32,000 nucleotides of DNA. Origin: Candidatus Iainarchaeum sp. (GTDB lineage Archaea > Iainarchaeota > Iainarchaeia > Iainarchaeales > JACQJH01). Every line of letters begins with the position of its first letter. Within the stretch, counting starts at the first letter, position 1. Below are positions 1-8,386 of this stretch, one piece after another. Under the pieces are notes generated by a model. That model saw nothing but the letters and a program-made list of their open reading frames with translations, made no database searches and was not told where the DNA came from. Made by a program: the position numbers and the translations under genes. The stretch lies in the NCBI GenBank assembly GCA_016205145.1, contig JACQJH010000001.1, positions 360,001 through 392,000 of the forward strand, in the 5' to 3' direction.

Positions 1-270
1 TCCGACCTCGCGGTTGTGGGCAGGTATCTGCTCACGCCGGAAGTGATCGGCATACTTGAAAAAACGCCTCTTGCGGGAAAAGAGCTTTTCGTGACCGACG
101 CCCTTGAGTCGCTTGCCTCCGCCAAAAAGCTTTTTGCTTTGGAGCTTGACGGCAAATGGCTGACCACCGGAAAAAAACTCGATTATGTCAAGACAGTCGT
201 CGAGTTCGCCCTATTGCGCGAGGACATCGGGCCGGAGTTCAGGGCTTACCTTAAAAAATTGCTTGAATGA
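1..270 (+). CDS. galU: UTP--glucose-1-phosphate uridylyltransferase, C-terminal fragment (5' end lies outside the window)
   Basis: Frame 1 is open from nt 1 (SDLAVVGRYLLTPEV...). VVGRYLLTPEV, FVTDALESL, GKKLDYVKTVVEFAL and EFRAYLKKL mirror the C-terminal third of GalU-type enzymes (remembered E. coli GalU: VVGRYVL, IQLTDAI, KLGYMQAFVEYG, EFKAWLEE). The GTG at 16 in the ORF track is internal. Confidence 0.75.
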   Translation, partial: SDLAVVGRYLLTPEVIGILEKTPLAGKELFVTDALESLASAKKLFALELDGKWLTTGKKLDYVKTVVEFALLREDIGPEFRAYLKKLLE

Positions 271-291
271 TTTTTTTGTGGTCGGTCTGTG

Positions 292-1221
292 ATGGAATCT
301 GTTGTTGTAACGGGCGGTTCGGGCTTCATCGGTTCGCATCTCTGCGACCTTCTGCTTGGAAAAGGCCACAGGGTTTTCTGCGCCGACAATTTCTGCACGG
401 GGCAGAAAAAAAACGTGGCGCACCTTCTGGAGAACAGGAATTTTTCCCTGATTGAGCACGACATTGCAGTGCCACTGCGCCTTGATGAAAAAATCGGCAA
501 GGTTTTCAATCTCGCCTCGCCTGCATCGCCCGCGGATTTCGAAAAAATTCCCTTTGAAATCATCCGCACGAACACGGATGGCGTGAGGAACATGCTTGAG
601 TTCGCGAAAAAAAACAACGCGGTTTTCCTTCAGGCATCGACTTCCGAGGTTTATGGGGAGCCGCTGGAGCACCCGCAGAGGGAATCCTACAACGGCAATG
701 TTTCAATGCTGGGCGAAAGGGCGTGCTATGACGAGTCCAAGCGCCTTGCCGAAACCATTGTCAGCCTTTACCGCAGGAAACATGGAGTGGACGCGAAAAT
801 CATCCGCATTTTCAACACTTACGGGCCGCGCATGAGGGAAAACGACGGCCGCGTCATACCGAATTTCATTCCAAGCGCCCTCGCGGGAAAACCCATAACG
901 GTTTACGGCAACGGCTCGCAGACAAGGTCGTTCTGCTATGTTTCGGATCTGGTTGCAGGCATTCATGCCATGATGGATTCCAAGGCGCCCGGGCCCGTCA
1001 ATCTCGGCAACCCGCAGGAAATAACCGTCAAGGCGCTTGCGGAAAAAATTGTTGCGCTCACCGGCTCGAAATCGAGGATAGTTTTCAAACCGCTTCCGCA
1101 GGACGACCCCACAAGGCGGAAGCCCGACATTTCCCTTGCGAAAAAAGCGCTGGGCTGGGAACCGAAAGTTTCATTGGACGATGGCCTGAAAAAAACCATT
1201 GATTATTTTGCGGGCAGGTGA
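292..1221 (+). CDS. UDP-glucuronate decarboxylase (UDP-xylose synthase / ArnA-C-type extended SDR)
   Basis: Rossmann motif GGSGFIGSH is present. NFCTGQKKNV..FSLIEHDI, STSEVYG, YDESKR (Ser/Thr-Tyr-Lys triad) and RRKPDISLAKKALGWEP are hallmarks of the UXS family. The ORF-track start at 289 is GTG; the adjacent ATG at 292 was chosen. Confidence 0.85.
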   Translation: MESVVVTGGSGFIGSHLCDLLLGKGHRVFCADNFCTGQKKNVAHLLENRNFSLIEHDIAVPLRLDEKIGKVFNLASPASPADFEKIPFEIIRTNTDGVRNMLEFAKKNNAVFLQASTSEVYGEPLEHPQRESYNGNVSMLGERACYDESKRLAETIVSLYRRKHGVDAKIIRIFNTYGPRMRENDGRVIPNFIPSALAGKPITVYGNGSQTRSFCYVSDLVAGIHAMMDSKAPGPVNLGNPQEITVKALAEKIVALTGSKSRIVFKPLPQDDPTRRKPDISLAKKALGWEPKVSLDDGLKKTIDYFAGR

Positions 1222-1225
1222 GGCG

Positions 1226-2218
1226 ATGGCACTGCTGAAAACCGTGAAGGAAAACTTTGTTTTCGCGGTCCTTTTCCTGCAGGCCGCAATGTTCCTGTTT
1301 GGCTTCCTGGTGGTCCCGCATTCCGCTTACTCCATCGGAGATTCAAAGCATTACCTTCTCCAGATAGGCGATTTTTCGCGTTTCAATGCTCCGTCAGGCA
1401 ACAAGTTTCCGCTGTTTCCTGCGCTTGCCGCCATTCCGAATGTTTTGCTTGGCAATCCGGTTGCCTCCGCATTGCTCGTGCAGTTCCTTGCCTCGACCCT
1501 TGCACTGCTCGCGTTTTATTTCTGGACCGGCTCGAAAAGGCTCACGCTCGCATTCATGTTCTTCCCGCAGTTCATACTGTTCTCTCACGGCGTTTACTCC
1601 GAACCATTGTTCCTGCTGTTTGAAATCCTGGCCTTGTGGCTTTATTCGCAGGCCAGGCTTGCAAAGTCCTTTTTGATGCAGGGCGTTTCAATTCTCGCGC
1701 GCGGCACGGGCTTTTTCCTTTCCGCCGCGCTCGCCTTTTCAATGTTCCTGCAGCGCCGCAGGCTTTCAGACGCAAAATTCCTGCTTCTGCCTGCGGCGGG
1801 CGCGCTGCTGCTCTCAGCATACTATGCGGTTTTCTTTTCCGACCCATTCCAGCCGCTGGGCATTTTTTTGAGGGGCGGAGGCCTGCAGTTCTCTGTTCCC
1901 GCGATGAGCCTGAAAGAGCTTTTCGTTTCGGGCGCCGCAATTTTCCTTTTCATTGCGACAACGCTTTTCGCGTGGCTGCGCTTCAGGCAAAAACAGTCCG
2001 AAATTTTCTGGGTTTCGCTTGCGTTCTCCGCGTTCTACATCCCCAGCGGATTTTTCGGCCCGATACAGCTTCTGCCGGGGCAGATCGACCGCTTCTATCT
2101 GACGGTCCTGCCAATAACCCTCATCGTCTTCCGGCCCGAAATAGAAAGGCATTTCAAATTCATTCTGCCGGCATGCGTCATCGGGGCAATTGTTCTGGCG
2201 TACGGCTGGTGGTTTTAA
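1226..2218 (+). CDS. polytopic membrane protein, possibly a GT-C-like glycosyltransferase or glycan polymerase
   Basis: The track start (TTG 1199) overlaps the upstream gene. The ATG at 1226 lies 4 nt after the UXS stop and is preceded by caGGTGAGG. About 9-10 hydrophobic segments are present. The FPLFPALA and SEPLFLLFEILALW loops resemble PIG-V/DUF2029/GT-C enzymes, so the function is tentative. Confidence 0.5.
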   Translation: MALLKTVKENFVFAVLFLQAAMFLFGFLVVPHSAYSIGDSKHYLLQIGDFSRFNAPSGNKFPLFPALAAIPNVLLGNPVASALLVQFLASTLALLAFYFWTGSKRLTLAFMFFPQFILFSHGVYSEPLFLLFEILALWLYSQARLAKSFLMQGVSILARGTGFFLSAALAFSMFLQRRRLSDAKFLLLPAAGALLLSAYYAVFFSDPFQPLGIFLRGGGLQFSVPAMSLKELFVSGAAIFLFIATTLFAWLRFRQKQSEIFWVSLAFSAFYIPSGFFGPIQLLPGQIDRFYLTVLPITLIVFRPEIERHFKFILPACVIGAIVLAYGWWF

Positions 2219-2238
2219 CACGCAGTTTCGGCTGCGTG
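2219..2238 (+). terminator. perfect 7-bp hairpin directly after the stop codon (cacgcag-tttcgg-ctgcgtg); a T-run ttttatttt follows at 2279-2287
   Basis: Read directly: 2219-2225 is the reverse complement of 2232-2238, with a 6-nt loop. It sits in a convergent intergenic gap. Its role as a terminator is inferred only. Confidence 0.3.
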
Positions 2239-2256
2239 GAGCGACGACTGGTACTT

Positions 2257-2357
2257 CGCGCGGCTCAGTACCCATCTGTTTTATTTTCGCATTAAACATT
2301 CGGGGGTGTGAGGGGCGGCCCCTACACTGGAAGCCCGCGCGGCTCGATACCCATCTG
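2257..2357. repeat. two copies of a 22-nt direct repeat (2257-2278 cgcgcggctcagtacccatctg; 2336-2357 cgcgcggctcgatacccatctg)
   Basis: Hand alignment gives 20/22 identical, with an ag/ga swap in the middle. Both copies lie in the 142-nt gap between convergent genes. Confidence 0.6.
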
Positions 2358-2360
2358 ATT

Positions 2361-3647
2361 TCAAAATCTCTTGTAAATGAAGCCCGCCTTTTCCGCTTCA
2401 GCGCGGGAAAAAACCCATTTGGGGTCCACGAGGCACGGCCTTTCATTGCACAATGCTTTCAGCCCATGCAGGCCGATTGCCCTGATTTTGTCGTGCGCTG
2501 CAGCAATGATTATTGCGTCGACTTTTCCGGCAATTTTTTCCGGAGCGGTGTTTTTCACGCCGAATTCTTTTTCGACTTCCTCGTTTTCGAGCAGAGGATC
2601 GAATGCAATCGTCTCCTTTACCCTGCCTTTGAGTGCCTTCAGGATTTTTTCCGCGCCCGAATTGCGCGGGTCCTTGACGTTTTCCTTGAAAGTCAGGCCG
2701 AGAACAAGGATGCGGGCGTTTTCCGGTTTTTTTCCGGCTTCGGCAAGAGCAGAGAAAAGTAGTCCGGCGGCATGCAACGGCATTGAATTGTTGGTCTCCC
2801 GTCCGGCAAGAATGACGTTGGGAGTATAGCCGAGCTGTTCGGCTTTCCATGTGAGATAATACGGGTCGACCGGAATGCAGTGCCCTCCGACCAGGCCGGG
2901 CCTGAATCTGAGGAAATTCCATTTTGTTCCCGCGGCCTCAAGAACTTCTTCGGTGTCTATGCCCATTTTTTCGAAGACGAGCGACAGCTCGTTGACCAGC
3001 GCTATGTTGAGGTCGCGCTGTATGTTTTCAATGACCTTTGCGGCTTCCGCGGTTTTGATGTTTTTGGCCCTGAAAACTCCGGCTCCGATTATTTTTGAAT
3101 AGCATTGCGCGATTTCTTCCGCGCTTTCATTGTCCATTCCCGAAACAACCTTTTTGACTTTTGACAGGGAATGTTCCTTGTCGCCCGGATTAATGCGTTC
3201 AGGCGAATAGCCTATTTTGAAATCCCTGCCGCATTTCAGGCCGGATTCCTTTTCAAGTATGGGCGCGCAAACCTCTTCAGTCGCGCCGGGGTAGACCGTT
3301 GACTCGAACACGACAATCGCGCCCTTTTTGAGGTTCCTGCCGACCGTCCTTGACGCGCCTTCGACGAATGACAGGTCCGGAAGATTGTCTTCCGTTACCG
3401 GCGTGGGCACTGTCACTATGACCAGGTCTGCTTCGCGGATGCGATTTTCGTCTGCAGTGAACTGCGCTTTTGTTTTTTTGAGTTCCGCGGAAGGCGTTTC
3501 GTTGTTGCGGTCGTTTCCGGCTGAAAGCTCTTCAATTCGTTTCCTGCTGGTGTCGAAGCCGATGCATTTGAAGTGCCGGGCAAATTCCAATGCAATGGGC
3601 AATCCAACGTATCCAAGGCCGGCAACGCAGACAGTTTTTGTTTTCAT
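2361..3647 (-). CDS. nucleotide-sugar 6-dehydrogenase, N-acetylhexosamine branch (TviB/WbpO/WecC/CapL-like)
   Basis: 428 aa. It has an N-terminal NAD fold (VAGLGYVGLPIA), the branch-typical GFDTSRKRIEELSAGNDRNNE, and a catalytic Cys region (LVGGHCIPVDPYY). The ATG at 3647 was confirmed. Confidence 0.85.
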   Translation of the reverse strand: MKTKTVCVAGLGYVGLPIALEFARHFKCIGFDTSRKRIEELSAGNDRNNETPSAELKKTKAQFTADENRIREADLVIVTVPTPVTEDNLPDLSFVEGASRTVGRNLKKGAIVVFESTVYPGATEEVCAPILEKESGLKCGRDFKIGYSPERINPGDKEHSLSKVKKVVSGMDNESAEEIAQCYSKIIGAGVFRAKNIKTAEAAKVIENIQRDLNIALVNELSLVFEKMGIDTEEVLEAAGTKWNFLRFRPGLVGGHCIPVDPYYLTWKAEQLGYTPNVILAGRETNNSMPLHAAGLLFSALAEAGKKPENARILVLGLTFKENVKDPRNSGAEKILKALKGRVKETIAFDPLLENEEVEKEFGVKNTAPEKIAGKVDAIIIAAAHDKIRAIGLHGLKALCNERPCLVDPKWVFSRAEAEKAGFIYKRF

Positions 3648-3670
3648 ATTAGTGATTTGTTGTGGGGTGT

Positions 3671-3733
3671 TTTTTTAAATATGCGACCGCTTTTCATTTC
3701 GGTTTTTGCACCAAAACGCTCGGCTTTTTTAAC
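3671..3733. promoter_or_regulatory. divergent promoter region with two T/A-rich TATA-like boxes (ttttttaaatat 3671-3682; ttttttaac 3725-3733)
   Basis: Each box ends about 24 nt from the start codon it faces (ATG 3647 on the minus strand, ATG 3757 on the plus strand). No Shine-Dalgarno lies between. This is compatible with archaeal-type promoters and leaderless or very short-leader mRNAs. Confidence 0.4.
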
Positions 3734-3756
3734 TGGTCCGCACAATCTATTTTTTC

Positions 3757-4656
3757 ATGCGCGTTTCGGCTGTCCTGCCGGTTTTCAACGGCGAAAAGTT
3801 CGTCGCCGGCTGCATTGAATCTTTGCTCGCGCAGTCGAAAAAGTTTGATGAAATAATCGTCGTGGACGACGGCAGTTCGGATTCGACCGTGAAAATCTGC
3901 CGCGGCTTCGGCGTGAAAATAATCGAGCCAGGCCATGTCGGCAGGTCGCGCGCGCGCAATCTCGGCCTCAGGAAAGCAAGGCACGAAATAGTTTTTTTCG
4001 TCGAATCCGACGCGGTTTATTCGAAAAATTTCCTTGCCGACTGCCTGAAGCATTTTTCGGATTCCGATGTTGGCGGGGTCATCGGCAAACTTGAAGTGCG
4101 CAACCGCAATGAGAGCGCCTGGACAAGGTGCAGGGCGGCTGAGCTCGACTCAAGGTTTTCCGATTACAAGCCGTTCACTGCATGGATGTACCGCAAGGGC
4201 GTTGTTGAAAAGCTGGGCGGTTTTGACGAACGGATTGACGTGGGCGAGGATACCCTTCTCGGGGAAAAGGTGCGGCGTTCGGGCCTGAGGCTTGTTTATG
4301 AGCCCAATGCCGTGTGGAAGCACCTGGAGCCGGCTTCCCTGCGCGCTGTATTGCGGAAGTCGTGGCAGCGCGGCCTGGGTTTGGGCCAGAAACACGTTGT
4401 GCTTGGGCTTTTTCCAAAAATCCTGCCCGCGGACGCGATTTTTTTCGCATTCTTTTTCATGGGCATTTTGAATGTTTTTTTCCTGCTCGCGGCCTTCGCT
4501 TTCATTTGCGCCCAGCTTTTCGTGCGGAGGAAACAGTTTTTTTTCATAGGGCGGCGCTTTTGGCCGCACCTAGTTTTTTTTCTCGTGCTTAACATCCTGG
4601 CTTTCAAGGCGGCGAGGCTTCTTGGAACTGTTTTTTTCGTTTTGAAGGGTGCGTGA
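3757..4656 (+). CDS. family 2 glycosyltransferase with C-terminal membrane segments
   Basis: VLPVFNGEKFV...IIVVDDGSSDST and FFVESDAVY form a GT-A fold with a DxD-like motif. The last ~80 aa (FFAFFFMGILNVFFLLAAFAFI...VFFLVLNILAF) are hydrophobic. Confidence 0.85.
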   Translation: MRVSAVLPVFNGEKFVAGCIESLLAQSKKFDEIIVVDDGSSDSTVKICRGFGVKIIEPGHVGRSRARNLGLRKARHEIVFFVESDAVYSKNFLADCLKHFSDSDVGGVIGKLEVRNRNESAWTRCRAAELDSRFSDYKPFTAWMYRKGVVEKLGGFDERIDVGEDTLLGEKVRRSGLRLVYEPNAVWKHLEPASLRAVLRKSWQRGLGLGQKHVVLGLFPKILPADAIFFAFFFMGILNVFFLLAAFAFICAQLFVRRKQFFFIGRRFWPHLVFFLVLNILAFKAARLLGTVFFVLKGA

Positions 4657-6096
4657 ATGCTTTTCAACAGCTTCCAGTTCGCGGTTTTCCTGGCGGCAGT
4701 GCTGCTGGGCGTGCATCTTCTGCGCAACCGGAAATCCCAGTTCATTTTCCTCGCCGCGGCCGGCTATTTTTTTTACTTTGTTGACAGCGGTTTCCTGTTT
4801 GTCCTGCTGCTGTTTTCAACGCTTCTCTCGTTTTTCTGCGGCAAAAAAATCTTTGAGGCGAAAGGCGCGGGTTCGAAAAGGCTTTTTCTAGCTTTGGGCG
4901 TTGCCGGCAATCTTCTTGTCCTGGGCTTTTTCAAGTACGCAAATTTCGCGCTGGATTCCGCGAACAGGCTTTCGGCTTTTCTGGGAGTTCCGGCAGCCTT
5001 TCCTTTGCTTTCAATTGCCCTGCCGGTCGGCATCTCGTTTTTCACTTTTCTTGCAATCAGCTATGATTTTGACGTTTTCCGCGGAAAGCTGAAGCCCGCA
5101 TCATTCCTGGATTTCCTTCTTTACATTTCATTTTTTCCTGCGCTCCTGGCCGGCCCCATAACGCGTGCAACCGATTTTTTGCCGCAGTTGAAAAAGCCGA
5201 TCGGATTGCGCTGGCCTGAAATCAAGCTTGGCCTGACGCTCATTGCATGGGGCATTGTGAAAAAGGTCGTTTTTGCCGACAACATCGCACCGTTTGTCAA
5301 CGCGGTTTTTGCCGACCCCACTGGCTATTCAAGCGTTCCGATAATGCTTGCAACTCTCGCTTTCGGAGTGCAGCTTTACTGCGATTTTTCCGGCTACACC
5401 GACATTGCCGTTGGTTGCGCAAGGCTGCTCGGCCTGCGGCTTGCGAAAAACTTTGACAAGCCGTATTTTGCGAAATCGCCTTCGGAGTTCTGGCGCAAGT
5501 GGCATATCTCGCTTTCAAGCTGGGTCCGCGACTACATTTACATTCCGCTCGGCGGCAGCAGGAAGGGAAAAATCCGCACTTACGCTAACCAGCTCGCGGC
5601 AATGGCATTGATGGGTCTGTGGCACGGCGCGGCCTGGAATTTTGTATTGTGGGGTTTTTTCCACGGTGCTCTGCTGGCAATGCATAAATTCCTGTCGGGC
5701 TTTCGCGTGTTCCCGTCCTCCATTTTGCGTTTCCTCAAATCCCTGCCGGGAAAGGTTTTCTGTTTGCTGCTGACGCAGTACCTTGTCTTTTTCGGCTGGC
5801 TCCTTTTCCGTGTCCGCGGCTTTTCTTCACTTGCCTATGCCGCGCAAAAATTCGTGCTATTTGATTTCGTTTTCAACGCGAAAACCCTGGGCCTGCTCGA
5901 AGCCAATTCCCTTGCATTGTTTCTGATTGCCGCCTTCGCATTCATTCATGCCCTGAGCTATCTCAAAAAGGACACGATTGAATGGATTTATTCCTTCCGG
6001 TTCAGGTACTGGATTGCGTTCATCGTCCTGGCAGTGTTTTCGCTGATAATTTTCATGCCGGCATTCAACTCGCAGTTCATCTATTTCCAGTTCTGA
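4657..6096 (+). CDS. MBOAT-family membrane-bound O-acyltransferase (AlgI/DltB/PatA-like)
   Basis: 479 aa and highly hydrophobic. FWRKWHISLSSWVRDYIYIPLGGSR, with the invariant His, is the MBOAT signature. The ATG immediately follows the GT2 stop (tgaATG). Confidence 0.85.
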   Translation: MLFNSFQFAVFLAAVLLGVHLLRNRKSQFIFLAAAGYFFYFVDSGFLFVLLLFSTLLSFFCGKKIFEAKGAGSKRLFLALGVAGNLLVLGFFKYANFALDSANRLSAFLGVPAAFPLLSIALPVGISFFTFLAISYDFDVFRGKLKPASFLDFLLYISFFPALLAGPITRATDFLPQLKKPIGLRWPEIKLGLTLIAWGIVKKVVFADNIAPFVNAVFADPTGYSSVPIMLATLAFGVQLYCDFSGYTDIAVGCARLLGLRLAKNFDKPYFAKSPSEFWRKWHISLSSWVRDYIYIPLGGSRKGKIRTYANQLAAMALMGLWHGAAWNFVLWGFFHGALLAMHKFLSGFRVFPSSILRFLKSLPGKVFCLLLTQYLVFFGWLLFRVRGFSSLAYAAQKFVLFDFVFNAKTLGLLEANSLALFLIAAFAFIHALSYLKKDTIEWIYSFRFRYWIAFIVLAVFSLIIFMPAFNSQFIYFQF

Positions 6097-6120
6097 TTTT
6101 GCGGTCTTGGCATTTGGCAG

Positions 6121-7233
6121 CTATTTAACAGTAAAGCTTGCCTGCAGGAATTGCGCGATTTTTTCCGCTGCGAAAGCGTGGCCTTTTTCGTTCCAGTGGC
6201 CGTCCCCCGCGAAATACATTGCGCTTTGCGCGCCCGCGTCTCTGCCAAGGTATAGAATCGGAATTCCGGTTTGTTCCGAAAAAGACTTCCAGTATTCGGG
6301 AATGCGGTTTTCGTCAAGCTCTTGCGCGGGAACGCCGAAATAGCCGGCGGCCTTTTCAAGTTCCGTGCCGTCAACTTCCATGCGCGCCGGAATGACTGCA
6401 ATTGCAAACTTTGCGCCTGCGCTTTCCGCGGCTTTTTTCATTTTCTGCAGTTCGGTTTCGGTAAGCTCCCTTTTTCCGGTCCTTCCGGAAAATTCCATGC
6501 CCTTGTTTTTTTTCATCATGGCCATTGAATCCGGCAGAGCGGAATCGCTTATGCCGGTTGCCCTGAAAACAGTCTTGAACGGTTCTATGAGTTCAAGCCT
6601 TTTTTCGACAAAGTATGCGAGCCTGGAATTCTTGAAAACGAATGCCTTCGCCTTGTCGAAAAGGCTTCCCCTGCCAATGCAGCCATTCACGACAGTTGTT
6701 TTGAGGAAGTCATCATTGTTTTCGGAAAAATCGTTGCCGTTGTAGAATGCCAGTAAAACGACGTCGGGTTTTATTTCCGGCATGAGGCCTTCAAGCATTA
6801 TCCGTTCCTGCCTTGTGCCGTAAGCGCTTGTTCCCGCATTTATCGTTTCAACGCTTCCGCCTTCCGCGGCAAGATAGTTTTCAAGCTTTCTTGTGAAAGT
6901 CTTTTCTTCGGCAACGCCCTGGCCGACAACCCACGAGTCGCCCAGCACCAGAATCCTGGTTTTTGTTTTTTCGGCTGACGGCTCCGGGCCGCGGAAGCCA
7001 AGCGAATTCGTTTTGATGCTTGCCCTGTATTCCTGTTTTTCCAGTGTTGCCTGCGCGTTCGGCTGGAACCTGAAGCCCAGCTTTCCATCAGCCTGGAAAA
7101 TGCAAAGCGGCTGTTCGTATGGCGCGAGGAAAACCCTTGCAGTAATTTCAAGGCCCAGAAGCAATAACAGCAGAACCGCAATGGTCGCCGGTATTTCTTT
7201 CTTGTTTATTTGCATAACCGCGCCTTTTGTCAT
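6121..7233 (-). CDS. secreted or anchored SGNH/GDSL-type acyl-esterase/transferase, likely partner of the MBOAT
   Basis: It has an N-terminal signal anchor (IPATIAVLLLLLLGL) and block I ILVLGDSWVVGQG. The C-terminal GDGHWNEKGH resembles the D-x-H-W signature of AlgJ/AlgX/DHHW O-acetyltransferases. An alternative start is the Met at 7215. Confidence 0.7.
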   Translation of the reverse strand: MTKGAVMQINKKEIPATIAVLLLLLLGLEITARVFLAPYEQPLCIFQADGKLGFRFQPNAQATLEKQEYRASIKTNSLGFRGPEPSAEKTKTRILVLGDSWVVGQGVAEEKTFTRKLENYLAAEGGSVETINAGTSAYGTRQERIMLEGLMPEIKPDVVLLAFYNGNDFSENNDDFLKTTVVNGCIGRGSLFDKAKAFVFKNSRLAYFVEKRLELIEPFKTVFRATGISDSALPDSMAMMKKNKGMEFSGRTGKRELTETELQKMKKAAESAGAKFAIAVIPARMEVDGTELEKAAGYFGVPAQELDENRIPEYWKSFSEQTGIPILYLGRDAGAQSAMYFAGDGHWNEKGHAFAAEKIAQFLQASFTVK

Positions 7234-7257
7234 TGGCAGAAAATTTTTTGGCTGCCG

Positions 7258-8346
7258 CTACCTGAACGAGTTTGCGGCTTCAATGACTTTTGAGATTTCC
7301 TCTCCGCCGAGTTCAGGGTAAATGGGCAGTGAGAGTATGCGCTTTGCGTTCCATTCCGTGGCCGGCAGCTTTCCTGCCTTCACTTTGCCGGCAGAGGCTT
7401 TCTGCAAATGGCATGGTATCGGATAGTGAATCTGCGTCTGCACGCCGTTCCTTTCAAAGTGCGCCTTGAGCGTGTCGCGCTTTTCGCTTTTCGCAACGAA
7501 CAAATGGAAAACGTGCCGCCTGCCGGACTGATCCGGGGTCTGGATTTTCGGGTTTGTCATGCCGCCGATGTAAGTTTTCGCTATTTCCCTTCTCCGCTCA
7601 TTCCACTTGTCAAGGCGCAGGAGCTTTTTGCGCAGGATTGCCGCCTGCAGTTCGTCGAGCCTGCTGTTCAAACCATAAACATCGTGAACGTTTTTTTTGC
7701 TCTGGCCCAAATCGCGGAGCATCGCCATTTTTTCCGCCAAAGCCCTGTCTTTTGTCACGATCATTCCGCCGTCGCCGTAGCATCCGAGGTTTTTTGTCGG
7801 ATAAAACGAAAAGCATCCCGCGCTTCCGAAGCTTCCGGTTTTTTTTCCATTGAATTCCGCGCCATGGCTCTGGCAGCAGTCCTCGATGACGGGAATCGCG
7901 TGCTTTTGCGCGATTTCCATTATTTCATCCATTGCGCACGCCTGGCCGTAGAGGTGCACCGGCACGATTGCCTTGGTTTTTTTGGAAATTTTTTTCCCGA
8001 TTTCGCCCGGTTCAACCAGGAACGTTTCCTTTTGGGTGTCGGCAAAGACCGGGGTTGCATTGCATGCAAGGATTGCGAGCACGGTCGGATAGGCCGTGTT
8101 GGCAACCGTTATGACCTCGTCGCCGGCTTTCACGCCTGATGCCCTCAGCGCTATCTCGATTGCCTGCGTTCCGTTCGCGGCCCCGACACCGTGCCTTGTG
8201 CCGCAATAGCCTGAAAATTCTTTTTCAAACGCCCTGACTTCCCCGCCGAGAATGAACGAGCCGTTCTGCAAAACCTTTGAAACCGCGTGGTCCAGGTCCT
8301 CTTTCATGCTTTCGTATTGCCTTGTCAGGTCGAAAAACTTTATCAT
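7258..8346 (-). CDS. DegT/DnrJ/EryC1/StrS-family PLP-dependent sugar aminotransferase
   Basis: FDLTRQYESMKEDLDHAV..GSFILGGEVRAFEKEF and the PLP-lysine region SFYPTKNLGCYGDGG are present. 362 aa. Confidence 0.9.
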   Translation of the reverse strand: MIKFFDLTRQYESMKEDLDHAVSKVLQNGSFILGGEVRAFEKEFSGYCGTRHGVGAANGTQAIEIALRASGVKAGDEVITVANTAYPTVLAILACNATPVFADTQKETFLVEPGEIGKKISKKTKAIVPVHLYGQACAMDEIMEIAQKHAIPVIEDCCQSHGAEFNGKKTGSFGSAGCFSFYPTKNLGCYGDGGMIVTKDRALAEKMAMLRDLGQSKKNVHDVYGLNSRLDELQAAILRKKLLRLDKWNERRREIAKTYIGGMTNPKIQTPDQSGRRHVFHLFVAKSEKRDTLKAHFERNGVQTQIHYPIPCHLQKASAGKVKAGKLPATEWNAKRILSLPIYPELGGEEISKVIEAANSFR

Positions 8347-8386
8347 GCGAACACGCCACTCTTTTCCATTGCATCCGCGCTTTTCC

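Noticed and set aside
2311-2323. Palindrome aggggc-g-gcccct as a terminator hairpin
   Set aside because: The loop would be 1 nt, or effectively a 5-bp stem with a 3-nt loop, and no T-run follows. It is too weak to call on its own.
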